From Gemmatimonadota bacterium (GTDB taxonomy: Bacteria; Gemmatimonadota; Gemmatimonadetes; Gemmatimonadales; GWC2-71-9), in contig JAZDCY010000011.1 in NCBI GenBank assembly GCA_036679645.1, positions 1-64,000 on the forward strand: DNA of 64,000 bases, written 5' to 3'. A program made the translations under genes and the position numbers. Positions 48,338 through 57,801 of the stretch are shown here, in pieces. Within the stretch, counting starts at the first letter, position 1. Each line of letters starts with the position of its first letter. The notes beneath the pieces were generated by a model. The model did not search any database. It was not told where the DNA came from and saw only the letters and a program-made list of their open reading frames with translations.

Positions 48338-50287
48338 TCAAATGAGTTCTGCGTCCGTCACGATCTCGACGAGTGCCGGCCCGTCGTGCGCCAACGCCTT
48401 CTCGATCGCCTCCCGCACATCGGCTCTCTGCTCGACGCGTTGCCCAAAGGCGCCGCACAGCCGCGCGTAGCGGGCAAAGTTGGGATTGTGCAGCGACGTC
48501 TGCCACACCTCCCATTCGCCCGCACGCTGTTCCTTCGAGATCTTCCCGAGTTCGCTGTTGTTGAGCAGGATGTGCGTGATGTTCATCCCGTACTTCACGG
48601 CGGTGGTCAGTTCGGCCATGTACTGGCCGAACCCACCGTCCCCGGTGACCGCGATGATCGTTCGATCGGGTGCTGCGGCCCACGCGCCCATCGCCGCCGG
48701 GAAGCCGAACCCAATCGACCCCAGATACCCCGACATCAGCACGGATTGGCGCTTGCATTCGAAGTAGCGGCCAAACGAGTACGTGTTGTTGCCCACGTCC
48801 ACCGCAATGACGGCGTCCTCCGGAGCAACGTCTGTCAGTGCGGCAAAGATCGACGCCGAGTTCACGCCGCGGCCACGATCGTCGAGGAGGCGCTTCGCCT
48901 TTTCGGTACGCCAGATCTCCCACCGTTTCGCAACCTCCGGTCGCTGGTCTTGCGTCGCCGGCGTACCCACGGCGTCGAGCATGAGACGAGCCGTGACACC
49001 AATCTCCCCCAGTACGGGAACAGCAACCGGATGGAATTTGCCGTGGGCCATGGGATCGAAATCGACCTGAACTATCGGCTTCTTTGGCGTGATGCCCGTA
49101 TGATTGGAGAACGACGCCCCGAACACGACGAGCACGTCCGACTCGTTCATGAACCAACTCGCGATCGGTGTTCCGCTGCGACCGAGCACACCACATCCCA
49201 GCGGATGCCCGTCGGAGATCAAGCCCTTTCCCTTGAAGGTCGTGAGAACCGGCGCGTTCAGCCGCTCGGCAAGCTCGATGATAGGAGGCATGTTGAAGCG
49301 TGCGCCATGGCCCACGATGAACACTGGGCGCTTGGCGCCCTTGAGGAGGTCGACCGCTTCAGCGAGCGCCGCCTGAGGCGGCGCAATTTCCTGGCTCGGC
49401 ATGCGGCCTCGAGGGGACGATGGCTTCTTGCCTTCAGCCGGGATCGTCTGCACTTCGTTCGGGAAGATCAACGCCGCCACATCACGCTGGAGGGTGGCGT
49501 GTTTCAGCGCGAGCGTCATGAGTTCGGCGTGGCGACTAGTGGGCAGGACCGTCTGCTTCCACGCCGCCACGGCCTCGAATGCCGAATTGAGATCGACCTC
49601 CTGAAAAGCCCCGGGACCGAGTACTTGTGTATCGACCTGGCCCGGCAGCGCGAGGATAGGCGCGCGATCGACCTTTGCGTCCCAGAGGCCCGTGAGCATG
49701 TTCGTCGCGCCCGGGCCGGCAATTGAGAAACATGCGGCGGGCTTGCCCGTCAGCTTTGCATACGCCGACGCGGCAAACGCGGCCGCGCCTTCATGGCGAA
49801 CACCAATGTAGGTGAGTCTGCCCTGTTGCTCTTGCCGGCGGAACGCGTCTGCCAGCCCCAGGTTGGAGTGTCCGACCATACCGAACACGTGGGTGACACC
49901 CCAGTTGACCATCGTCTCTACCATTACGTCGGCGACCGTGCGCACGTGCGGCGGCTCCGGTTCAAGCCCGAGGTAGATGCCGTCGTCCCGTATCTCGACG
50001 GGATACGTCGGAATCCCGTCGCCGAAGCTGCCCGGTGACTTACCTGTGCAGGGATGAAAATCCCACCCGTGCCACGGGCAGCGGAGCCACCCGTTCTCGA
50101 TGGACCCCTCACCCAGTGGCCCACCCTGATGCGGACACCGATTGTCGAGTGCCGCGTACTCGCCCTCGAAGTGCGTCAGAGCGAACTGGCGGTGGGCCGC
50201 CGTCACCGTCATGACGCGCCCCTCCGGAAGCTCCTCGACGTCGGCCACGCGATGCCAGGTCAGTTCACGTGTCTGCGACTCGGCCAT
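48338..50287 (-). CDS. Rieske [2Fe-2S] domain fused to a pyruvate-oxidase/acetolactate-synthase-like TPP enzyme
   Basis: CPHQGG...CPWHG; RHEGAAAF, GPGATN, GDGGF..NN. Confidence 0.9.
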   Translation of the reverse strand: MAESQTRELTWHRVADVEELPEGRVMTVTAAHRQFALTHFEGEYAALDNRCPHQGGPLGEGSIENGWLRCPWHGWDFHPCTGKSPGSFGDGIPTYPVEIRDDGIYLGLEPEPPHVRTVADVMVETMVNWGVTHVFGMVGHSNLGLADAFRRQEQQGRLTYIGVRHEGAAAFAASAYAKLTGKPAACFSIAGPGATNMLTGLWDAKVDRAPILALPGQVDTQVLGPGAFQEVDLNSAFEAVAAWKQTVLPTSRHAELMTLALKHATLQRDVAALIFPNEVQTIPAEGKKPSSPRGRMPSQEIAPPQAALAEAVDLLKGAKRPVFIVGHGARFNMPPIIELAERLNAPVLTTFKGKGLISDGHPLGCGVLGRSGTPIASWFMNESDVLVVFGASFSNHTGITPKKPIVQVDFDPMAHGKFHPVAVPVLGEIGVTARLMLDAVGTPATQDQRPEVAKRWEIWRTEKAKRLLDDRGRGVNSASIFAALTDVAPEDAVIAVDVGNNTYSFGRYFECKRQSVLMSGYLGSIGFGFPAAMGAWAAAPDRTIIAVTGDGGFGQYMAELTTAVKYGMNITHILLNNSELGKISKEQRAGEWEVWQTSLHNPNFARYARLCGAFGQRVEQRADVREAIEKALAHDGPALVEIVTDAELI

Positions 50288-50315
50288 GTCTCGCTATCTC
50301 CTCGTCTGCGGTGTT

Positions 50316-51923
50316 TCACTTCTCTCCGACCCCGCCGTAAGACACGCCCGACAGGGAGGCCATGTCGCGATCCCACGTCGTGAGGTCGCCGCGCGAGAAC
50401 TGATTCAGGTGTGAGTGACCGCATGCGCGTGCCAGGATCTTCATCAGGTCCGCGGCCGCGCCCAGAAATCGCGCGAGCCGCTCGGCCGCTGGCTGCGCCG
50501 GGAGGCGTGCCCGGAGATGCGGCTTTTGTGTGGCGATCCCAACGGGGCAGTTGTTGGTGTGACACGCCCGCATGGCGATACAGCCTATCGCCTGCATGGC
50601 CGCGTTGGAGACGGCGATACCGTCGGCCCCAAGCGCTAGCGCCTTGGCAAAATCGGCCGGCGTCCGCAGCCCGCCGGTGATGATCAGCGTGACGTCGCCG
50701 GCCCCACATCCGTCCAGGTGGCGCCGCGCGCGCGCGAGGGCCGGGATCGTCGGCACCGAGATGTTCTCGCGAAAGATCAACGGCGCTGCTCCCGTTCCAC
50801 CGCCCCGCCCATCCAAAATGATGTAATCGACCCCAATCTCCAACGCGGTATCGATATCGCGCTCGATATGCTGTGCCGAGAGCTTGAACCCCACGGGTAT
50901 TCCACCCGTTTGCGCGCGCACCTCCTCCGCAAAGTCACGGTAGTCAGCGGGGTGCGTCCAGTCGGGAAACCGCGCCGGTGACACCGCGGGTTCCCCCTCG
51001 GGGAGGTTCCGGACCTCTGCGATCTTGCCTGTCACCTTTGGACCGGGAAGGTGGCCACCCGTGCCCGTCTTTGCGGCCTGTCCTCCCTTGAAGTGAAAGG
51101 CCTGCACGCGCTTCACCTTGTCCCACGAGAACCCGAAGCGTGCCGACGCCAACTCGTAGAAATACCGGCTGTTTGCCGCCTGCTCTTCGGGCAACATCCC
51201 GCCCTCTCCCGAGGCAATGCCGGTACCCGCCAACTCGGCACCGTGCGCGAGTGCGACCTTGGCCTCTTGCGAAAGAGCGCCAAAGCTCATGTCGGATACG
51301 AAGATCGGTATCTCCAACCGCAACGGCTGTGGCGCCTTGGGACCAATAACTAGATCGGTGCCGACCTCCGTGCCGTCGAGGAGCGGGAGTGTGTGCAATT
51401 GGGCAGTGACGAACTGGATGCCATCCCAACTCGGGAGTTCGCGTTCCGGTACCCCCATCGCGGCAACGGGTCCATGTTCACCACCCAGTCCACGAGACGC
51501 TAGTTGCTGGATGTAGCCGGTATGGGGTTCGTCGGGCGTGCCGTGCGGGTCCTGATATGATCCCTGATAGGCATCCCGGTCATACGGCTGCGGGTATTCC
51601 GTGGCCCACGCCGCGACCTCGTCTTCATCAACCCAAACTGCTTCATCCTCCACCCAGCTCGTGAACTTCTGCAGGCGTTCGGTATTGTTGTACGCACTTA
51701 CACCGGTACTGATTCGGTAGTCCCACTGATGAACACCACAGATAAGGTTCTCACCGCGCACAAACCCGTCGCACAGGAGTGCGCCCCGATGCAGACACCG
51801 GCCGTAGAGCACGGAAACGTCGTCACCCTGTCGGACGACGACGAGATCCACATCCGCAACGAGCGCGTGGGTCGGCACACGTTCCTGCAGCGTGTTCCAG
51901 CCGGCAATCTTGACGCGCTTCAT
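50316..51923 (-). CDS. Rieske [2Fe-2S] domain fused to an FMN-binding glutamate-synthase-like domain
   Basis: CLHRG...CGVH; DMSFGALS, GEGG, KGGQAAKTGTGGHLP, DGRGGGTGA, CIAMRACHTNNCPVG. Confidence 0.9.
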   Translation of the reverse strand: MKRVKIAGWNTLQERVPTHALVADVDLVVVRQGDDVSVLYGRCLHRGALLCDGFVRGENLICGVHQWDYRISTGVSAYNNTERLQKFTSWVEDEAVWVDEDEVAAWATEYPQPYDRDAYQGSYQDPHGTPDEPHTGYIQQLASRGLGGEHGPVAAMGVPERELPSWDGIQFVTAQLHTLPLLDGTEVGTDLVIGPKAPQPLRLEIPIFVSDMSFGALSQEAKVALAHGAELAGTGIASGEGGMLPEEQAANSRYFYELASARFGFSWDKVKRVQAFHFKGGQAAKTGTGGHLPGPKVTGKIAEVRNLPEGEPAVSPARFPDWTHPADYRDFAEEVRAQTGGIPVGFKLSAQHIERDIDTALEIGVDYIILDGRGGGTGAAPLIFRENISVPTIPALARARRHLDGCGAGDVTLIITGGLRTPADFAKALALGADGIAVSNAAMQAIGCIAMRACHTNNCPVGIATQKPHLRARLPAQPAAERLARFLGAAADLMKILARACGHSHLNQFSRGDLTTWDRDMASLSGVSYGGVGEK

Positions 51924-51939
51924 GTTCTCCCCTTGCCAC

Positions 51940-52512
51940 TCAACCGTTATAGATCAGCCCACCACCCGTCCCATACGCTTCCAGAACGGCTGCTGCTTCC
52001 GCGCGCAGGACACCGTGTACCGCGGTAATGCCGCGCGCCTCGAGATAGCGGTACGACTCCGGGAAGACCGGCCCCTCATCGAACCCGATCCGATTGGCGT
52101 CTTCGCGCGTGGCTCCGCACACGACCCGGGTCACCCCGCTCCAAAGGATGGCTCCTAGACACATGGCGCACGGATTGCATGAGGTCACCAACTCGTGCGC
52201 CGGGCAGCCTTCCGCTTGGAGCGTGTATGCTCCTACGGCCTGTTCGGCCAACATCAGCGCGAGAACCTCCGCGTGCATCAAGGAGTTCCGAGCTCGCACC
52301 ACGCCGTTCACTCCCGCTGCCACAACACGGTTCGTGTCCGTGCGAACGACCACGGCCCCGAAAGGCCCACCCGCCTCTTGCTCGACGTTGCGCGCCGAAA
52401 GGGAGATCGCCAATTGCATCTTGTCCGCGTCAGTCTCATACGCGTGATTCCAGTCCACCATCGTGCCGACCCATTCCGGCACACCAACCCGAATCTCGTG
52501 GTGCGGTGACAC
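51940..52512 (-). CDS. Nucleoside/nucleobase deaminase (TadA/guanine-deaminase-like)
   Basis: GGPFGA, HAE, PCAMC, GFDEG. Confidence 0.9.
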   Translation of the reverse strand: MSPHHEIRVGVPEWVGTMVDWNHAYETDADKMQLAISLSARNVEQEAGGPFGAVVVRTDTNRVVAAGVNGVVRARNSLMHAEVLALMLAEQAVGAYTLQAEGCPAHELVTSCNPCAMCLGAILWSGVTRVVCGATREDANRIGFDEGPVFPESYRYLEARGITAVHGVLRAEAAAVLEAYGTGGGLIYNG

Positions 52513-53127
52513 TCAGTGCTGTTCGGTCATGATGTAGGCCCGCGTGATCACGGGAGGCTCGGTTGGGAAATGCGGGTACGTGCGGCGGCGTACGGTGGGG
52601 ACACGGGCAATGGAGTCCATCACGCTCAATCCCTCGATCACCCGACCGAACACCGCATACCCCCAGCCCGTGGCGGTGGACGCCGTGTAATCGAGTTTGG
52701 CGTTGTCGACGAGGTTGAAGAAGAACTGACTCGTTGCACTATGCGGATCACCTCCGCGCGCCATCGCCACCGTGCCGCGCAGGTTGTGCAGGCCGTTGGC
52801 CGCCTCGTTCTCGATCGGGAACACCGGACTGATGCGCTTGCGCCCTTCGGTATCCACCTCGCCCACCTGGGCGACGAACCCAGACTCGATGCGATGAAAC
52901 ACGACGCCATCATAGAAGCCCGACCGGACGTGCAGCAGGAAGTTCTCAACCGATACGGGCGCGCGCTCGTTGTCCAGCTCGATTACGATCCGGCCGAGCG
53001 TCGTCTCCATGACAACCGTGTCCGCCGCGACCACATCGACGGCGAGTTCATCCGAACCAGATTCCTCGCCCGTGCACGCCACGACGACCGCAAGGGCGGT
53101 GAACCAGTATCTGTGATCACGTCTCAT
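52513..53127 (-). CDS. Cyclophilin-type peptidyl-prolyl isomerase (lipoprotein)
   Basis: FYDGVVFHR, RGTVAMAR, ATSQFF, GYAVFG; VVAC lipobox. Confidence 0.92.
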   Translation of the reverse strand: MRRDHRYWFTALAVVVACTGEESGSDELAVDVVAADTVVMETTLGRIVIELDNERAPVSVENFLLHVRSGFYDGVVFHRIESGFVAQVGEVDTEGRKRISPVFPIENEAANGLHNLRGTVAMARGGDPHSATSQFFFNLVDNAKLDYTASTATGWGYAVFGRVIEGLSVMDSIARVPTVRRRTYPHFPTEPPVITRAYIMTEQH

Positions 53128-53636
53128 CGGTTCTCCAGCGATTCGCTGCGCTCACGCACGTCTTCCGAGGTAAGTCCATAGAGCGGTGGGGTGGCCACCC
53201 CGATCATGCCGAGCATCAGGTAGATCTGTCCCCGATGGTGCACTTCGTGCTCCACCATGGCGCGAAGCCACTTCCAGGCCGCCATGCGCGCCCCCGCCGG
53301 TGTGGCGATCTCCGCATCGAGCCCATCGTCACCCATGTCGCCGATAATCTCCACGGAGTCGGCGTGCATCTTGTCGAAGTACTCCAGCACCACCTCGTAG
53401 CCGTCCGCCAGAGCGCGACCATGCCCAGGGTAGCGGCTCGCGCGGCCGGCGACGTTCTCCGCAAACATCCATCGTTCCAGCGCGGCCAGATGGCGCACAG
53501 TGTCACCCAAGGTGAAGGCGCCGGCGCGGTGTGTCCACTCGAGCTTATCAGGAGGTATGCACGTGACTACCCGGCGTGTCCGGCTGCGAATCCGTTCGTA
53601 GTATGTCAGAAAACGCTCGACCGAACGAATCTCCAT
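53124..53636 (-). CDS. DinB family protein
   Basis: TLGDTVRH, MVEHEVHHRGQ. Confidence 0.9.
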   Translation of the reverse strand: MEIRSVERFLTYYERIRSRTRRVVTCIPPDKLEWTHRAGAFTLGDTVRHLAALERWMFAENVAGRASRYPGHGRALADGYEVVLEYFDKMHADSVEIIGDMGDDGLDAEIATPAGARMAAWKWLRAMVEHEVHHRGQIYLMLGMIGVATPPLYGLTSEDVRERSESLENR

Positions 53637-53749
53637 CAGACGCCTCCGGCTGGCACCGCGTCGTTCTGGGTATGTACAGCGTAGAGGTGGGAGCGAACCT
53701 TGGCGTCAGATAGCTGCTGGGCGTCGCGCACGGGGAATCTCGTGACGGT

Positions 53750-54961
53750 TCAGTCCAGCGACTCGAGGAACTCCTTCACGACTCGCGTCACGTTGACGGG
53801 TTGCTCCATAGGCGCGAGATGACCGGCGTCCGGCATCACCGAGAACTGCGCATGGGGAATGGCCTCGGCCATCGTCCGAGCCTCTGCTGCCGGCACGATC
53901 TGATCGTCGCTCCCCGCCATCACCAGGGTGGGCACGTCGATCCCGGACAGGGTCGGCGTGGAATCGGGTCGGTCGCGCACCGCGGTAAGCGCGCCGGCCA
54001 CTCCGTCGGCCACCTGATTTGTGATCATGTTGCGCACGTGCTCGACGACGTCCGGCATGGTTTGCCGGGTCGCGGGAGCCAGCAGCTTGGGCAGCATCTC
54101 CGCCGCGAGAAACGTCGGGCCGTCGCGTCGCACCCGTGCAAGGGTCGCGTCACGCTTCGCCCGGCCCTCCGGGTCGTCTGGGGTGGCGCGCGTGTTCATG
54201 AGTATCAAGGCCCGGACGCGATTGCTGTAACGGCGCACCATGTCGAACGCGACATACCCGCCCATCGAAATCCCACACACGACCGCTCGCTCTATATGCA
54301 GCGTGTCCAGCAACGCAATCAGATCGTCCGCGTATACGCCGATCGAGTACCCTTCTTCCGGTACTTCCGTCAGACCGAACCCGCGCAAGTCCACGGCAAT
54401 CCGCCGCCATCCGGTGAGTTTCCCCGACACCTGTCGCCACATCGTCCGGTCGAGTGGGAATCCATGCACGAGAAGCACCGCGACACCATCGCCGGACACA
54501 TCGACAGCCGTGGCGAGTCCGTTGACCGAAAGGTGTTGCGTGACACCCGTCCGCCGGGAAGGCCTGCCGCCAAAGAGTGCGGTGATCTCTTCGGGCACGG
54601 CTCGTGGTTTCCCGTCGCTGTCGACGCAGACGAAGACCAACTCCGCCTCGGCCGCGGGCCGGGAGCCATTCTCCTTGCGAGCCGACTGGCGGAGCGTGAA
54701 ACTAGTCTGCCCCTTCTGAGCCCACTCGATCGAGAAGTGCAGCCGGTCCCCGGGAAACACCTGCTCGTAGTACTCAATGGTCGTCTTTCGCACGACCGGT
54801 TGCACGTGGTTCCGTGCGAACACTTCCATGCCCGGACCTCGGGCAACCGCGTCCCACCGGGCGCGTTCGAAGAGTGCGAGAAAGCTCGCCTGATTCAGGT
54901 GGCCGAAGGCGTCGCAGTCGTCCGGGTAGACCGTAAACGCGGTGGATGGAGTTTCAGTCAC
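53750..54961 (-). CDS. 4HBT thioesterase fused to an alpha/beta hydrolase
   Basis: DCDAFGHLN..FERAR, then HGFP, GISMGG, AGHL. Confidence 0.88.
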   Translation of the reverse strand: MTETPSTAFTVYPDDCDAFGHLNQASFLALFERARWDAVARGPGMEVFARNHVQPVVRKTTIEYYEQVFPGDRLHFSIEWAQKGQTSFTLRQSARKENGSRPAAEAELVFVCVDSDGKPRAVPEEITALFGGRPSRRTGVTQHLSVNGLATAVDVSGDGVAVLLVHGFPLDRTMWRQVSGKLTGWRRIAVDLRGFGLTEVPEEGYSIGVYADDLIALLDTLHIERAVVCGISMGGYVAFDMVRRYSNRVRALILMNTRATPDDPEGRAKRDATLARVRRDGPTFLAAEMLPKLLAPATRQTMPDVVEHVRNMITNQVADGVAGALTAVRDRPDSTPTLSGIDVPTLVMAGSDDQIVPAAEARTMAEAIPHAQFSVMPDAGHLAPMEQPVNVTRVVKEFLESLD

Positions 54962-55024
54962 GGCATGAAAGGTAGCCGACGGTCGTCGTCCCGTCTCCCT
55001 TGGCAGACCGGGGGACATCTGGCG

Positions 55025-56200
55025 ATGATTCCGGCCAGCATGCCCACTCGATCTTCGTCCGCCGACCACCCGGCCATCGTCACGGACAGGGACGCCCTCG
55101 TGGCCCTGGTGAACCGGCTCAAACGCAAGCAGCGCATAGCCTTAGATACCGAGGCCGCGTCGTTTCACCGCTACGTTGACCGGGTCTATCTGGTGCAGGT
55201 CAGCTCGGATGACGAGACCGCGCTCATCGATCCCCTCGCGTTCGACGACCTGAGTCCGCTTGGGGATCTCCTGGCCGATCCCAAACTGGAGACGATCTTC
55301 CACGATGCGGACTACGACCTGCGGATCCTGCATCGCGACTACGGGTTCAGTGCCCGGCGCGTGTGGGACACGCGTATCGCGGCCCAGTTCGTGGACGAGC
55401 CGGGTGTCGGCTTGGGACCGTTGCTCGAGCGTCACTTCGGCATCACGCTGAGCAAGAAGCTGCAGCGTGCGGACTGGTCCCGCCGGCCACTGACACCGGC
55501 GATGATCGCGTACGCAGCCGCCGACACCGCTCACCTCCCGGCGTTGCGTGATCATCTGGAGCGCGAGCTGCGCACGCGGAAGCGACTGCCTTGGGCGGAA
55601 GAGGAGTTTGGGCGGCTCGAAGCGGTCCAGTGGACCCCACCATCCGAAACTCAGCAGTTTCTCCGGATCAAAGGAGCAAAGGCGCTCCCGGGGCATCAAC
55701 TGGCGATAGTGCGATCGATCTGGGAATGGCGAGAGCGCACAGCCGCCGCGATGGACCGAGCGCCGTTCCGCATCCTGGCAAATCAGTTGATCGTGGCGAC
55801 TGCGCGTACGGCCCCGACCAAACCCGGTGCGCTACGTCGCGTGGACGGGTTTCCCGAGAGTGTGGCCAAGCGCCACGGACGCGAAATCGTGGAGGCGGTG
55901 CTGGAGGGGAAGGCGACCCCGGAAAAAGACTGGCCTCGTGTGGAGCGGCGGCGTCGGGCAAAACCCGATCCCGCCGCCGACCGGCGATACCAGCGACTGC
56001 GGGAACTCCGCGCTATGAGGTCAGGCGAGACGGGACTGGAACCCGGCCTCATGTGCCCCAACGGAACGCTGCTGGCGATCGCGCGCGTCGGCCCCACCGG
56101 CGCAGCCGATCTCGACGGCATCAGCGAACTCCGCCGTTGGCAACGGGAGGTGCTCACGGACGCCGCGATCCTCCAGGCGGCGGGAGACGGGAAGGACTAG
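55025..56200 (+). CDS. rnd: Ribonuclease D
   Basis: IALDTE, HDADYD, DTRIAA, DWSRRPL..YAAAD, HRDC domains. Confidence 0.92.
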   Translation: MIPASMPTRSSSADHPAIVTDRDALVALVNRLKRKQRIALDTEAASFHRYVDRVYLVQVSSDDETALIDPLAFDDLSPLGDLLADPKLETIFHDADYDLRILHRDYGFSARRVWDTRIAAQFVDEPGVGLGPLLERHFGITLSKKLQRADWSRRPLTPAMIAYAAADTAHLPALRDHLERELRTRKRLPWAEEEFGRLEAVQWTPPSETQQFLRIKGAKALPGHQLAIVRSIWEWRERTAAAMDRAPFRILANQLIVATARTAPTKPGALRRVDGFPESVAKRHGREIVEAVLEGKATPEKDWPRVERRRRAKPDPAADRRYQRLRELRAMRSGETGLEPGLMCPNGTLLAIARVGPTGAADLDGISELRRWQREVLTDAAILQAAGDGKD

Positions 56201-56499
56201 AGCCCCAGAAACGCTCGCACCCGCGGATCGATGCGATCGGGCGTCCAGTACGGTTCCCAGACTATCTCAATCTTCACGTCCGTCACGCCGTCGAGCGCAC
56301 GGATAGCCTGCTCCACGTCGGCGAGGATCTCCGGCCCCGCCGGGCAGCCCGGCGAGGTCAGCGTCATCTTCACATCGACGACCTCCTGCTCAACTTCCAC
56401 GTCGTACACGAGGCCGAGGTCGATGATGTTCAAGTTGAGCTCGGGATCCTGGACACCACGAAGGCTCTTCCGAACGATCTCTTCAGTCAGGTCCGCCAT
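56197..56499 (-). CDS. SufT/DUF59 Fe-S assembly protein
   Basis: VQDPELNLNIIDLGLVY, MTLTSPGCP, WEPYW. Confidence 0.9.
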   Translation of the reverse strand: MADLTEEIVRKSLRGVQDPELNLNIIDLGLVYDVEVEQEVVDVKMTLTSPGCPAGPEILADVEQAIRALDGVTDVKIEIVWEPYWTPDRIDPRVRAFLGL

Positions 56500-56628
56500 A
56501 GCCCCTCTTTCCCGCGTTGCGGGGTCAGGAGTCACCCTCGAAGCTAGTGGGAGCGGGTCCCTGCCGGCTACCCCGAAGAGTGCTGCGTTCGCTGCGGTAA
56601 GTGTCCAGAACCCCGTTCGGGCTGACGG

Positions 56629-57750
56629 CTAGCGACATCCGGTCTCGCGCCGGCACGCGCTCCACAGGCCGACCGCCGCATCGGCCACTTCACCCCGTAC
56701 ACGCTTGAGCCCGGAGATCGACCGTCGCGTGCGCGGGGCGTAGACGCGGTTCGTCAACACGATCACCAAGAGATCCCGTTCCGGATCGAGCCACATCGAC
56801 GTACCGGTGTAACCCGTGTGACCGTAAGACGCGGGCGAGAAGAGAGTGCCCGCATTATCGGCGCTCGTGGTGTCTCGCATTTCCCACCCGAGCGCCCGAT
56901 TGCCCGGCCCGCGCCTCGTGAACAGCGCCACGGTCCCGGTCCGAACCACTTGTTCTCCGCTCGCGCTGCGACCCTGTCGCAACATGAACTGCGCGAAGCG
57001 CGCGAGATCCCTGCCCGTGGAGTAGAGCCCCGCATGCCCCGATACCCCACCCAAGCGGACGGCATTCTGATCGTGGATCTCCCCAGCGATCGGGTGACCG
57101 CGCCACAGCCCGACCGGGACCGTGCGAGCGAGCGCGCTGCGTGGCGGGCGGAACCGCGTTTCCGTCATCCCGAGGGGTTCGAAGACGGCATGGGTCGCGA
57201 ACCGATCGAGTGGCTCGCCCGCCATCGCCTCTACGGTCCACCCGAGCAACATGCCGTTCAAGTCACTGTACACAACGCGCGCGCCGGGCTCCCACCGCAG
57301 CGCTTCCACCTCGACCAGCCGCCGCGCTTCCTCCGCATCCGACGCCAGCGTGTTGAGCGGCAGGAACGCACGCAGGCCCGAGCGATGTTCCAGCAGATGA
57401 CGTACGGTCACACGGTCCTTCCCCTCACCCACGAAACCGGTCACGTAATCCGACACCGGGCGACGAAGTGCAATACGGCCCCGATCGGCGAGCACCATCA
57501 CCGACGCGGTCGTCGCAACGACTTTCGTGAGTGATGCCAGATCGAAGAGCGTGCTGCCCGGGTCGGGAACGGTGCTGAGGGTGTCCCAGGTGAAGTGTCC
57601 GTATCCTCGGGCAAAAAGCACCGAATCGCTCGTGCCGACGACCACGACCGCAGCGGGGTAGATCCCCTCGGCAATCCCGCGGTTGACGGCCCGGTCGATG
57701 TCGTGGCCTACACCCTGGACGGTAAGCAGCGCTACGATCAGCCCGGTCAT
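56629..57750 (-). CDS. Beta-lactamase-family serine hydrolase
   Basis: FDLASLTK, YSD, GHAGL, GHTGYTG. Confidence 0.9.
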   Translation of the reverse strand: MTGLIVALLTVQGVGHDIDRAVNRGIAEGIYPAAVVVVGTSDSVLFARGYGHFTWDTLSTVPDPGSTLFDLASLTKVVATTASVMVLADRGRIALRRPVSDYVTGFVGEGKDRVTVRHLLEHRSGLRAFLPLNTLASDAEEARRLVEVEALRWEPGARVVYSDLNGMLLGWTVEAMAGEPLDRFATHAVFEPLGMTETRFRPPRSALARTVPVGLWRGHPIAGEIHDQNAVRLGGVSGHAGLYSTGRDLARFAQFMLRQGRSASGEQVVRTGTVALFTRRGPGNRALGWEMRDTTSADNAGTLFSPASYGHTGYTGTSMWLDPERDLLVIVLTNRVYAPRTRRSISGLKRVRGEVADAAVGLWSACRRETGCR

Positions 57751-57801
57751 GTGTCTATGTTACCGAACATGCGGCGTCACGTGCCACCCGGAGTCTCGAC
57801 G

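Noticed and set aside
53801..56200. 799-aa ORF as an RNase D fusion
   Set aside because: Its first ~400 codons are the antisense shadow of the thioesterase-hydrolase gene; RNase D motifs begin only after ~55025.
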